A DNA stretch of 55,698 nucleotides, taken from positions 1 to 55,698 of the IMG/VR virus record IMGVR_UViG_3300009706_000010; one strand, given 5' to 3'. The position numbers and the translations under genes are program-made. How positions within the stretch are numbered: the first letter of the stretch is position 1; each line of letters starts with the position of its first letter. Shown here in pieces: positions 1 to 8,826 of the stretch. This stretch comes from a virus (Duplodnaviria; Caudoviricetes). Below the pieces are notes generated by a model. It was not told the origin of the DNA. It did not search any database and saw only the letters and a program-made list of their open reading frames with translations.

Positions 1-41
1 ATATACCCTGTGGATTTAGGCGGAGTGAGGCGCCGAAAGAC
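1..41. repeat. Terminal direct repeat, left copy (circularisation overlap)
   Basis: atataccctgtggatttAggcggagtgaggcgccgaaagac matches 55658-55698 at 40/41 positions. Confidence 0.95.
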
Positions 42-122
42 CGCGCCCTCCCTTCGCGTAGATTTTGGTCCAAAATGGTAGTTGTCAGAAAACGCGATTT
101 CACAAAGGTGGAGGAACGGGGC

Positions 123-785
123 ATGGCGGGAAGACCCGGTAGGTCTGGACGGAAGCCGAAGGGCACGGAAGCTCACGTTTTAGCTGGCAGTTACCGGAAG
201 GATCTGCACGGGCCGGTCCCGTTGGGGCTCTCTCTCGATCGCTCGAAATCCTACCGCTGGCGACATGGAGGCAAGTGTGCAAACTGCGGGAATCCAACGT
301 GCTTGAGTAGCCTGCGTTGCCTCCCCTGTCATAGACGTTACACAGCGGCAAAGGTGAGGGTATGCGTCCACTGTGGTTGCGACGTTCTCGGGCGCGGGAA
401 TGGCATCAGAACATGCAGCTACGCGTGTTTCCTCGCTCGAAAACTGAGTTTGGCAGAAAAACACAGGAAGCTGGGGTCAAGGGCGGAACGGGCTCGTCAA
501 CGCAGGCGCCGTGCCAGTTTTCGGCGGAAGGCGCGTGGCGGGAAGCTCGAAGTGGGCAGGTGGCGGCGAATCTGCGAACGGGACTGTTGGGTTTGCTGGG
601 TCTGCGGAGGCGGAATTGACCCGACGTTAGCAGTCCCTCACAGGCTCGCCGGGACGGCGGATCACGTGATCGCGCTGTTGGACGGCGGGAGTGATACCGA
701 TGGCAATATCAAGGCTGCTCACATGACGTGCAATTCTAGGCGCGGGAGATTAGAACGGCTGAGTAGGCCGGAAGGTGTTTCTTGA
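123..785 (+). CDS. HNH endonuclease with TerS-like N-terminus and Zn-ribbons
   Basis: RDCWVCWVCG...TADHVIAL..GG...NIKAAHMTCNSRRG HNH motif; GGAGG SD before ATG123; first 31 aa resemble TerS. Confidence 0.85.
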   Translation: MAGRPGRSGRKPKGTEAHVLAGSYRKDLHGPVPLGLSLDRSKSYRWRHGGKCANCGNPTCLSSLRCLPCHRRYTAAKVRVCVHCGCDVLGRGNGIRTCSYACFLARKLSLAEKHRKLGSRAERARQRRRRASFRRKARGGKLEVGRWRRICERDCWVCWVCGGGIDPTLAVPHRLAGTADHVIALLDGGSDTDGNIKAAHMTCNSRRGRLERLSRPEGVS

Positions 786-940
786 CCATCAACATCAGGC
801 TCGCGGACCTCACCCCGGAGGAGCGCGAGCACTTCGAGGAGAGGGCGGCGATTCGGGAGTTCGAGGGTAACGAAAGTCGGGAGGACGCTGAACGCGCTGC
901 GCTGGCGGAAGTTCTTGACCGCAGGCGGAAGAACCTGTGA
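782..940 (+). CDS. Small hypothetical protein (EERAAIREFEG..SREDAERAA motif)
   Basis: Manually read 52-aa ORF, TTG start overlapping the upstream stop; motif familiar from phage proteins. Confidence 0.5.
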   Translation: MTINIRLADLTPEEREHFEERAAIREFEGNESREDAERAALAEVLDRRRKNL

Positions 941-984
941 TATTCTGCCTTTGGCACAAAATGACATTGGAGAGACGCTAAGGC

Positions 985-1560
985 ATGGCAGGCAGGAAGG
1001 GCAGATCAGGCCGGAAACGGATACCGGCTGAGGTGCATGCCGCTCGTGGGACATACCGGGCTGACCGCCACGGGCCGCTGCCTGACGGGGTGACGCCGGT
1101 CGTCATCAGGGGCGCCTTCTCTGGCGTCTCACGCAGGCCGTCAGAGGCTCCGTCGGTGGCAGATGTCGCGCCACCGATGCCTTATCTCACCGCTGAGGAC
1201 TGCCCGGCCATCCTGACGCCTGAGGGCGCGACGTTTTGGGAGAAGTTGATCACCGCCCGGCCCACCGAAAAAGTCTACGAGCAAGCGGTGGCGACTTACG
1301 TGCAGGCTTGGGAGACATGGCAGCGAGCGGTTCGGCTGATTCAGTCGGTGGGCGATGTCGTGCGGCAGGGCGAGGGGAAGACGGCGCGACCGATTCAGAA
1401 CCCGAACCATGCGATTCGCCGGGACGCAGAGAAGACAATGCTTGACGTTGGCCGGTTCCTTGGCTGGCAGTCGAAGGACGCGGCGAGTGACCGCAGAGGC
1501 GAGGAAGCACCGACGGTGACCCGGCTTGAGGCGTTCTTGGCGTCGAGAAATGGACGCTGA
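985..1560 (+). CDS. terS: Terminase small subunit (P27-like)
   Basis: GR...H..RGTYRADRH N-terminus, central YVQAWETW, NPNH..R...M...LG; upstream of TerL. Confidence 0.85.
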   Translation: MAGRKGRSGRKRIPAEVHAARGTYRADRHGPLPDGVTPVVIRGAFSGVSRRPSEAPSVADVAPPMPYLTAEDCPAILTPEGATFWEKLITARPTEKVYEQAVATYVQAWETWQRAVRLIQSVGDVVRQGEGKTARPIQNPNHAIRRDAEKTMLDVGRFLGWQSKDAASDRRGEEAPTVTRLEAFLASRNGR

Positions 1561-1925
1561 TGGCTTTCACACCTCCACTCACCGAGTCTAAGTGTTTCGC
1601 GGCGGCGGCTTCCGGATTGTCACAGGCGGCGAATGACGCTTCGGAAGCCGTTCGGAAGTTTGGCGAGGCATGTGGTCACGATCCTCAGCGGCGTTTACGT
1701 GGGGGTATCCCTGAGGTAGCGGTAGCTGCTCTGCACGGCACTGAAGTCGTCGTTCCGGCTGCGGCGCTGGAGCCATTTGAGCGAATCCAGATATCACGAG
1801 CCAACCACAGGCGGCACGAGGTCAACAAGGCGGCTGAGCGGCGGAATCAGGAGGCGCCTCCGGTAATGCCGGAGGAGGCTCCGGCGCAAAACACCGGTGA
1901 TCGGCGAATCACCTTCGAGGAGTAG
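1560..1925 (+). CDS. Hypothetical protein
   Basis: Translationally coupled ORF; contains LHGTEVVVP, similar to LHGREAVVP near the tape-measure C-terminus; ends GDRRITFEE. Confidence 0.6.
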   Translation: MAFTPPLTESKCFAAAASGLSQAANDASEAVRKFGEACGHDPQRRLRGGIPEVAVAALHGTEVVVPAAALEPFERIQISRANHRRHEVNKAAERRNQEAPPVMPEEAPAQNTGDRRITFEE

Positions 1926-2548
1926 TGATGGCAAAGCGAGCAGCGAAACCAGTGGCGCAACCGCTGTCGGACTTCCGCCCTTTGGCGGAGGGGAAAAACC
2001 CAAACAAGCACACACAGCAGGGCATGGGCCAGCTTGATTCGGCGATGTCTCGGCACGGGTTTACCACACCGATGACGGCGGCTGCCGACGGGGATATTCT
2101 GGACGGGAACGCCAGATTGGAGAAGGCAGGCGAGCGCTTCCCCGGCGTGGACCCGATCGTGATCGAGCATGACGGGACGCGACCGATTATCGCCGTTCGG
2201 ACGGATATCGCGTCAGCGGATGACCCGTTAGCGCGAGACATCATCGTGTCATCGAACCGGATCTCTGAGGCCAACCTTGATTACGATCTGGCGGTGCTTC
2301 ATGGGCTGGCGGCGGATGGGCTCGACTTGACACCGTATGAATTCCCGGCAGACCTCTTGGCGCCGGTGAGCTCGGGTTCTGGCTTCAGTCCGTCCGTTGA
2401 GCCCACTGTCGGCGGTTCGGGCGCTGTCACGGACGCTCAGGTGGCGGCGACCGGAGAGCGGCTGACAGCGCAGGTAACAACGGAGGCTCCGGCGATTCGT
2501 GAGGTCGTCTGTCCTCACTGTGGCAAGGACTTCGGCATCGAGGGGTGA
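1925..2548 (+). CDS. ParB/Srx-like protein with C-terminal CPHCG Zn-ribbon
   Basis: KNPNKH...SMSRHGF..P...ILDGNARLE-type ParB core and CPHCGKDF tail. Confidence 0.7.
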   Translation: MMAKRAAKPVAQPLSDFRPLAEGKNPNKHTQQGMGQLDSAMSRHGFTTPMTAAADGDILDGNARLEKAGERFPGVDPIVIEHDGTRPIIAVRTDIASADDPLARDIIVSSNRISEANLDYDLAVLHGLAADGLDLTPYEFPADLLAPVSSGSGFSPSVEPTVGGSGAVTDAQVAATGERLTAQVTTEAPAIREVVCPHCGKDFGIEG

Positions 2549-2769
2549 ATATGGCTGGCGATAAGGACAAAACACCGGTGGTCCAGGCGCAGAATACGTG
2601 CAAGCACTGTTGGCATCTTCAGCGGGAGGTCCGGTCCACCTTTTCTGGGGTGGACAGCGAGGTATGCTGCCGGTGTGGGCTCTGGCGGCATCGGAAGTGG
2701 GTGCTGGCGAAAGATCCGAAGCACGGCCCGTTCGCAGCGGCGACCATCAAGAAATACGTGAAGGAATGA
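2545..2769 (+). CDS. Small Cys/His-rich hypothetical protein
   Basis: CKHCWH...CCRCG; overlaps neighbours by 4 nt. Confidence 0.55.
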   Translation: MNMAGDKDKTPVVQAQNTCKHCWHLQREVRSTFSGVDSEVCCRCGLWRHRKWVLAKDPKHGPFAAATIKKYVKE

Positions 2770-3161
2770 CCATCGCCACGAATACTCTTGCGCTCGGACT
2801 GGTGAGCACGTATGGCCGGGCGATTGCCACGGAGATTGCTACGGCGATTCTTGCAGCGACAAACGAGGAGCCGTTCGACCGCTTCGCCCGGCTGGTCGCA
2901 GCGATGCCGTTCCAAGTCGCGGTGACCATGCCGGATAATCCTCACTCCTACACCTTACGCCGGAAGTGGGATGACGATGCGGACTTCGTGTTCTGTGTCA
3001 ATTTCATCCGGTCGGATGGCTACAAGGCGCGGTTCGGGCGCTACGACTTCCCGCAACTGGACTGCGGTGAATTCTTCTATTGGACTATGTATGACGACAT
3101 CAAGGACACAGCTCTGTTCAATCGGAAGCCGCTGAGTCAGAAGGGAGTGCCGCGCCGGTGA
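2766..3161 (+). CDS. Hypothetical protein (TMP..PH.Y...YWTM...NR family)
   Basis: ATG2766 coupled to the upstream stop; conserved-looking motif pattern. Confidence 0.6.
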   Translation: MTIATNTLALGLVSTYGRAIATEIATAILAATNEEPFDRFARLVAAMPFQVAVTMPDNPHSYTLRRKWDDDADFVFCVNFIRSDGYKARFGRYDFPQLDCGEFFYWTMYDDIKDTALFNRKPLSQKGVPRR

Positions 3162-3712
3162 CTCGAATTATTGTGACGACTATGCCGGACTCGCGGTTTA
3201 TTTCGTATCTGCTCGATCGGCTGCCGACACTGGAGGTCGTGGAGGACACGAAGCGGGATGCGTGGGATACCTACATGCGCTCACTAGAAGTGCAGGGCGA
3301 CGATCCAGCGATCCACATGGAGGACGATATTCTCCTGACTCGTGACTTTGCCGCGAAGGCGCAGGCCGTGATCGACAAACGCCCGGATTCGGTCATCCAG
3401 TTCTTCAGTATGCGCGGCAAGGACTTGACGGTAGGTTCGAGGTGGGACCGTCAGTTCGCCATGAATCAATGCACTTACCTGCCTGCCGGATACCCGGCGG
3501 CGTTCATGCCGTTCGCGGAGTCGTGGACCCGTCGTGCAGAGAATCCGTATGGCTACGATACGTGTTTCAACGACTGGCTGCGCTCTCGCCGTGAGCCGTA
3601 TTGGATCTCTGTCCCCTCGCTCGTTGAGCATCGCGTGGCTGTGAGCAGGATCGCGAGGTCGCGAAGCTCAAGGCGGCAGAGTAAGACGTTCACGGATCTT
3701 GACGAGGAGTAG
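3158..3712 (+). CDS. Glycosyltransferase-like protein (GT-A/GT25-like)
   Basis: HMEDDILL acidic motif and C-terminal PSLVEH. Confidence 0.6.
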   Translation: MTRIIVTTMPDSRFISYLLDRLPTLEVVEDTKRDAWDTYMRSLEVQGDDPAIHMEDDILLTRDFAAKAQAVIDKRPDSVIQFFSMRGKDLTVGSRWDRQFAMNQCTYLPAGYPAAFMPFAESWTRRAENPYGYDTCFNDWLRSRREPYWISVPSLVEHRVAVSRIARSRSSRRQSKTFTDLDEE

Positions 3713-3713
3713 A

Positions 3714-4235
3714 ATGGCGACATTCAAGTGGAACACTCCGTTGTCCCATCAGCGGTCACAGCCGGTCCTTCGCTATCGCGACATCTCGTTACCGGACTCG
3801 ATCGGGCTTTACCCGGAGATGTTGGAGCAGATGTTCCCGTCGGCGAATCACTCGTTGAAAACGTGGGGTAGGACTCCCGGCGTCAAGGAAAACGATCCTC
3901 ACTGGATTGGGGTCCGGAAGCAGACACCGTTGCACACGGACAAGGCATACCCTCGCTACACGCACCAGATCATGGTCAACGTCGATCCGGGTTTCTGCTT
4001 GCGCGGTGTGTCGCTGGCTGAGATTCAGTTGAAGCGGGGCCGGTATTTCGTGCTGGACACGCATAGCCCTCACCAGTTATTCGCCGGAGGAAATTGGCCG
4101 GCTCCACAGTGGTATCTGGCACTGTCGCTGGACACCTTCGTGGACGACGCACCGGACGCTGACGTTATCCACGCGCTGCTCGGCTACGCTGCGACCTTCA
4201 AGTTCGATGACGTTCACCCGATGCCGCTCACGTAG
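3714..4235 (+). CDS. Putative 2OG-Fe(II) oxygenase / cupin-fold hydroxylase
   Basis: PLHTD (HxD) plus distal LDTHSPH, the pattern of double-stranded beta-helix oxygenases. Confidence 0.5.
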   Translation: MATFKWNTPLSHQRSQPVLRYRDISLPDSIGLYPEMLEQMFPSANHSLKTWGRTPGVKENDPHWIGVRKQTPLHTDKAYPRYTHQIMVNVDPGFCLRGVSLAEIQLKRGRYFVLDTHSPHQLFAGGNWPAPQWYLALSLDTFVDDAPDADVIHALLGYAATFKFDDVHPMPLT

Positions 4236-4241
4236 GGCGCC

Positions 4242-4793
4242 ATGGGCAGAGTCTCGTATCTTCGCGACATCCGCCGAAAGCTCGGGACGGTTGGCCGCGT
4301 GGCAGAGATCGGTGTGCTGCGCGGTCGCTTCGCTGCCTCCCTCCTCGCTGAGCTTCGGCCACGGGAACTAATCCTCGTGGACCCATGGCGGCAGATGGAT
4401 CACACCTATTCTTCGTCTGCCTCCGCTTGGGACTTCCGGCATGATTACGTTCAGAAGCGGTTCGAAGGCGACAAGCGTGTTCGGATACTTCGGGCTACCT
4501 CCCTTGAAGCGGCGCCGCTCATCATGGACGGCTCACTCGATCTGGTCTACATCGATGCTGACCATCGCGAGGAGTCGGTTTTGGCAGACCTGATCGCGTG
4601 GGCGCCGAAGGTCAGAGACGGTGGGTTCATCGCCGGTCACGACTTCACGCCGGATGATCCTCGAACTCGCGAGGTCGTGTCGGCTGTGCGGCGGTTCTTC
4701 GGCCCGGACTTCGAGCGGATCGTGTCGCCTCTGGAGCGTGAGGGCACCGGAGCCCGTCACATGCCTCGCTCCTACTTCCTGAGGGTGGAATAG
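4242..4793 (+). CDS. Class I SAM-dependent methyltransferase (Methyltransf_24-like)
   Basis: AEIGVLRG, LVDPW, DLVYIDADH, GGFIAGHDF. Confidence 0.85.
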   Translation: MGRVSYLRDIRRKLGTVGRVAEIGVLRGRFAASLLAELRPRELILVDPWRQMDHTYSSSASAWDFRHDYVQKRFEGDKRVRILRATSLEAAPLIMDGSLDLVYIDADHREESVLADLIAWAPKVRDGGFIAGHDFTPDDPRTREVVSAVRRFFGPDFERIVSPLEREGTGARHMPRSYFLRVE

Positions 4794-5929
4794 TGCCTCC
4801 GGCGTCTGCGAAGATCTACCTTCCGGAGAACGTGCTGGAGGCGGCGCTGGACCGGATTCGTTGGGTCTATGACCACTTCGAGTATGTCGATGTGTCCTTC
4901 TCGGGCGGCAAGGACAGCACGGTTGTCCTGAACCTCGCCCTGCAAGTCGCGGAGGAGAAGGGGCGTTTGCCGGTCCCGGTCGTGTTCATCGATCAAGAGG
5001 CGGAATGGGCCACGGTGATTGAATACATCCGCTCGGTGATGTCAGATCCACGCGTCGATTGCCAATGGCTTCAGGTGCCGATCCGGCTTTTCAACGCGAC
5101 CTCGACGGCTCACCCGTGGCTTCATTGCTGGAATCCGGAGGAGGAAGTGGAGTGGATTCGCCCGAAGGAAGCGGACTCGATTCACGAGAACGTCTACGGG
5201 ACTGACCGATTCGTGAAGCTGTTCGAAGCCTACGAGTATCACCACCGGCCCGATGTTCCAGTGGCATCGCTGACCGGCGTGAGGGCGGAGGAGAGCCCGG
5301 CCCGGCGTCTCGGGCTGACGGTCTACGAGACGTTCAAAGGCGTGACGTGGGGCTCGGTGAAGAACAAGGGCGTTGACCACTACTCCTTCCATCCGCTCTA
5401 TGATTGGCGCACCTCGGACATCTGGAAGGCGATTCACGACCATTCGTGGGCCTACACCAAACTGTATGACTGGCAATATCAGTATGGGACTCCGCTTCGT
5501 GAGATGAGGGTGTCGAACGTCCACCACGAGACGGCTGTCAAGACGCTGTTTCATCTTCAGGAGATCGAGCCGGAGACGTGGAATAGAATCACGAAGCGGC
5601 TGCAAGGGACGAACACGGCGGCAATGCTGGCGGAGAACTTCATGTCGCCGTCGAAGCTTCCGCCGATGTTCACGGACTGGCGCGACTACCGAAACCATCT
5701 GCTGAAGAACCTGATTCCGGGTGAGAGCGATCGGGCCTACTACCGGAAGACCTTCGCAGCCTACGATGCCCGTTACGCCGGTGCGAAGCCTACCACGCTG
5801 AAATCGCTGGTGTCCACGCAGATTTCGGTGCTACTGGTGAATGACAGAGAGGGGACGAAGTTGAGCACATTCCGCGCAAACAATGGCGTCGAAGCGAAGG
5901 GGCTTCGGCAGGCTCGGGTGAAGTCGTGA
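4793..5929 (+). CDS. ibrA: PAPS-reductase/PP-loop family protein (IbrA/YbdN-like)
   Basis: SFSGGKDS PP-loop, FIDQEAE, GVRAEES..R, PLYDW...DIW, MRVS. Confidence 0.8.
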   Translation: MPPASAKIYLPENVLEAALDRIRWVYDHFEYVDVSFSGGKDSTVVLNLALQVAEEKGRLPVPVVFIDQEAEWATVIEYIRSVMSDPRVDCQWLQVPIRLFNATSTAHPWLHCWNPEEEVEWIRPKEADSIHENVYGTDRFVKLFEAYEYHHRPDVPVASLTGVRAEESPARRLGLTVYETFKGVTWGSVKNKGVDHYSFHPLYDWRTSDIWKAIHDHSWAYTKLYDWQYQYGTPLREMRVSNVHHETAVKTLFHLQEIEPETWNRITKRLQGTNTAAMLAENFMSPSKLPPMFTDWRDYRNHLLKNLIPGESDRAYYRKTFAAYDARYAGAKPTTLKSLVSTQISVLLVNDREGTKLSTFRANNGVEAKGLRQARVKS

Positions 5930-6600
5930 CCTCGCCCTCTGTTCCGTCAGAGCTATCACATGGGCTCAGGGCATTCATCCATGGTGCGTATGAACGCTTG
6001 GACGCAATGAACGCTATTCGCGAGATATTGCACGACTTGTCGCCGAACGCTTCCTCGCCGGTCGATCTGGTGCGATGGATTCCGATCGAGGGCATCGAGG
6101 CGAACGACTACAATCCGAATGCCGTGGCTCAGGTGGAGATGGGCCTATTGCAGAAAAGCATCGAGCATGACGGCTACACGCAGCCTCTTGTTACCATCTT
6201 CGATGCAGAGCGGGGCAAGTTCATCATCGTGGACGGCTTCCACCGGTATTTCGTCGGGAAGAACAGCGAGACGATTCGCGGCAGCGTGAATGGTCGGCTG
6301 CCCTGCGTCGTCATCGAGAAGGACATCAACGATCGCATGGCAAGCACGGTGCGGCATAACCGCGCCCGGGGCAAGCACTCGATTGGCGGTATGGCGTCGA
6401 TGGTGTTCGCGATGCTGGAAAACGGATGGACTGATGCGGAGATCTGCAACGAGCTTGGCATGGAGCCGGAGGAGGTGCTGCGGCTGAAGCACATAACGGG
6501 CTTCTCGCGGCTGTTCGAGAACGCGGAGTATAGCCGGGCATGGGTCACGAAGACGCAGACCCGTGTGCGTCTCGCAGCGGAGGCAGGCGGCGACAAGTGA
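5926..6600 (+). CDS. ibrB: ParB-like nuclease-domain protein (IbrB/YbdM-like)
   Basis: ANDYNPN, DGYTQP, VDGFHR, RMASTVRHNRARGKH, C-terminal ELGME..EVLRLK HTH; adjacent to IbrA-like gene. Confidence 0.85.
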   Translation: MTSPSVPSELSHGLRAFIHGAYERLDAMNAIREILHDLSPNASSPVDLVRWIPIEGIEANDYNPNAVAQVEMGLLQKSIEHDGYTQPLVTIFDAERGKFIIVDGFHRYFVGKNSETIRGSVNGRLPCVVIEKDINDRMASTVRHNRARGKHSIGGMASMVFAMLENGWTDAEICNELGMEPEEVLRLKHITGFSRLFENAEYSRAWVTKTQTRVRLAAEAGGDK

Positions 6601-8561
6601 CAACGAAGCGCCCGGCGACCAAACGGAAGACTGCGACGAAGCGGAAGCGCCCGGCGGCACCTGGGGCCAAGCGCCCGGCGCTGATCGGCCCGACCTCGAA
6701 AGACCCGGTGACGACGTATGCCCGGGATGTGGGAGCAGGTAAGATTCTGGCCGGGCGCATGGTGCGGCTGGCCTGCGCTCGTCACCTTGACGACCTGAAG
6801 CGGCAGACGACGGACAAGAGTTTTCGGTGGCGCTTCAGCGCGGAACGGGCGGCGCTCTGCACGAAATTCTTCCGGGACTTCCTCACCCTCGATGACGGTT
6901 CGCCGTTCATTCTCATGAACTGGACGAATTTCATCCTTGGCTCGCTCGAAGGTTGGGTGGACGGGGACAATAACCAGCGCTTCACGACCTCCTACACTGA
7001 GACATCGAAGGGCAGCGCGAAATCTCCCACGGCTGCGGGTTACGGGCTCTATGGCTTGGTTGGCAAGGATGAGTTCAGCGCTGAGGTTTATGCACTCGGC
7101 GTCGATGGAAATCAGGCCGGATACCTCTTCAAGTTCGCGAAACGCATGGCCGATCGATCGGATGCCCTGATGAGCGTTCTGGATGTCGGCGAGTATCAGA
7201 TATCGTGGGTTAATCGGGGCTCGTTTTTCAAACCGCTTTCAGCGGAAGGCCGGTCACTGGACAACAAGCGACCTTACCTCGCGATCGTGGACGAGCTTCA
7301 CGAGCACCCAACGTCGGTCATCCCTGAGAAGATGCGGCTCGGCTTCAAGGGCCGGAAGAATGCGCTCCTGTTCGAGATCACGAATGCAGGATTCGACAAG
7401 ACAAGCGTGTGCTGGGAGCACCACGACTACACGGTGAGGGTGCTCGAAAAGACTGTTACCGGCGCAGCGGCGGAGCGCTGGTTCGGCTACATCTGCCACC
7501 TTGACCCGTGCGAGGAACATCGGCTGGACGGACACACATCGCCTGTCGATGGCTGTGTAGACTGCGACGACTGGACGAACCCGAACTGCTGGCTAAAGGT
7601 GCAGCCTGCGCTGGATGTCACCATCTCCACGGAACAGCTTCAGGCAGTCGTGGACGAAGCGCGGGACCGCCCGGCGACACAGTCGCGGACTCGGCGCTTG
7701 TCGTTCTGCACTTGGACGCAGGGCCACACGGTCTGGATTCCCTACGACCGGTGGGACCGCTGTCAAGTTCCGGAAGTGCTGACTGAGAACCGCGATCGGG
7801 CCTGTGCAATCGGCTTCGATATGAGCGAGAAACTCGACCTAACGGCAGGCGTCGTGGCAATCCGGGTGGATGATGACGAGGACGCGGAGCCGGAGACGGT
7901 AGAGTTGACGGAAGTCGTCGGCGAGGAGAAGGTGACGCGGATTCTGGATCTGAATTTCTGCATCGAGCTTGTGCCGTTCTTCTGGATTCCGGAGGACACG
8001 GCAAAGGAGCGGGAGAAGTCGGAGCATGTTCCGTTTTCGCTCTGGCGCGACATCGGTGCGATGCGCTTCACTCCCGGGCCGGTCATCGATCACGATCTGA
8101 TCTATCAGCAGGTCATCAAGGAAATCGTTCCGGCCTACCGTCCGCAGCGCGTCGGCTACGATCCGCACAATGCCACTCAATTCGCGGTGGCGCTGCGGGA
8201 CAAGGGGAAGCAGGAGATCGCAGAGGTCCGGCAGGGCCGGGCGATGTCGGAAACCTTCAAGCTGTTCGAAGCGCTCGTGCATCTGAAGCGCGTCCGGCAT
8301 GCGGGGAATCCGGTGCTCGGCTGGTGTCTGGCAAACGCGGAGCCGAAGACAGACCGTTACGAGAACGTGTGGGTAGAAAAGCCTAGCAAAACACGCCGAA
8401 TTGACGGCATAATCGCTACAGTTATCGCGCTCTCACAGCTTGTCCTCCTGCCTGCGAGGGTGCGGCGGAAGCGGCGTGAAGCGAGGGTCTTCACCCCGGG
8501 AGGCTTCAAGCCTCTTATCGGGCCGAAGGATGAACAGACGACGGCGGAGACACCATCATGA
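6597..8561 (+). CDS. terL: Terminase large subunit
   Basis: Walker A TSKGSAKS, Walker B AIVDELH, ITNAG coupling motif, GFDMS..DLTA nuclease motif, RIDG; GTG6597 overlaps the upstream stop. Confidence 0.95.
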   Translation: MTTKRPATKRKTATKRKRPAAPGAKRPALIGPTSKDPVTTYARDVGAGKILAGRMVRLACARHLDDLKRQTTDKSFRWRFSAERAALCTKFFRDFLTLDDGSPFILMNWTNFILGSLEGWVDGDNNQRFTTSYTETSKGSAKSPTAAGYGLYGLVGKDEFSAEVYALGVDGNQAGYLFKFAKRMADRSDALMSVLDVGEYQISWVNRGSFFKPLSAEGRSLDNKRPYLAIVDELHEHPTSVIPEKMRLGFKGRKNALLFEITNAGFDKTSVCWEHHDYTVRVLEKTVTGAAAERWFGYICHLDPCEEHRLDGHTSPVDGCVDCDDWTNPNCWLKVQPALDVTISTEQLQAVVDEARDRPATQSRTRRLSFCTWTQGHTVWIPYDRWDRCQVPEVLTENRDRACAIGFDMSEKLDLTAGVVAIRVDDDEDAEPETVELTEVVGEEKVTRILDLNFCIELVPFFWIPEDTAKEREKSEHVPFSLWRDIGAMRFTPGPVIDHDLIYQQVIKEIVPAYRPQRVGYDPHNATQFAVALRDKGKQEIAEVRQGRAMSETFKLFEALVHLKRVRHAGNPVLGWCLANAEPKTDRYENVWVEKPSKTRRIDGIIATVIALSQLVLLPARVRRKRREARVFTPGGFKPLIGPKDEQTTAETPS

Positions 8562-8824
8562 CAAAGCAAGAGTGGAGGAACGCCCTTGTTCGGGTGTGGG
8601 CCTACCGCCAGAACATCGGCTTCGAGGATGTCGTGCTGTTCGCAGGGATGGCGCTGATCACGGTCGCGCTCTGGCCGCTGGCGGAGCGCTGGTTCGGCGC
8701 CGGGCAGGTGGCATTCCTTCCCGCTGGTGGTATCCTTGTGTATATGGCTTTGCCTCAGCGGTTGGGGTTTTTCCATCGCGTGACGCTTCAGGGGCCACCG
8801 CAGGCGCCTAAGGGGAGAGGATAA
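8558..8824 (+). CDS. Small membrane protein between TerL and portal
   Basis: Two hydrophobic segments; typical position in HK97-like phages. Confidence 0.65.
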   Translation: MTKQEWRNALVRVWAYRQNIGFEDVVLFAGMALITVALWPLAERWFGAGQVAFLPAGGILVYMALPQRLGFFHRVTLQGPPQAPKGRG

Positions 8825-8826
8825 CC

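Noticed and set aside
911-946. GTTCTTGACC...TGATATTCT upstream of terS as a 14th repeat copy
   Set aside because: The -35 to -10 spacing would be 20 bp and the right half of the palindrome is missing; at best a weak extended -10
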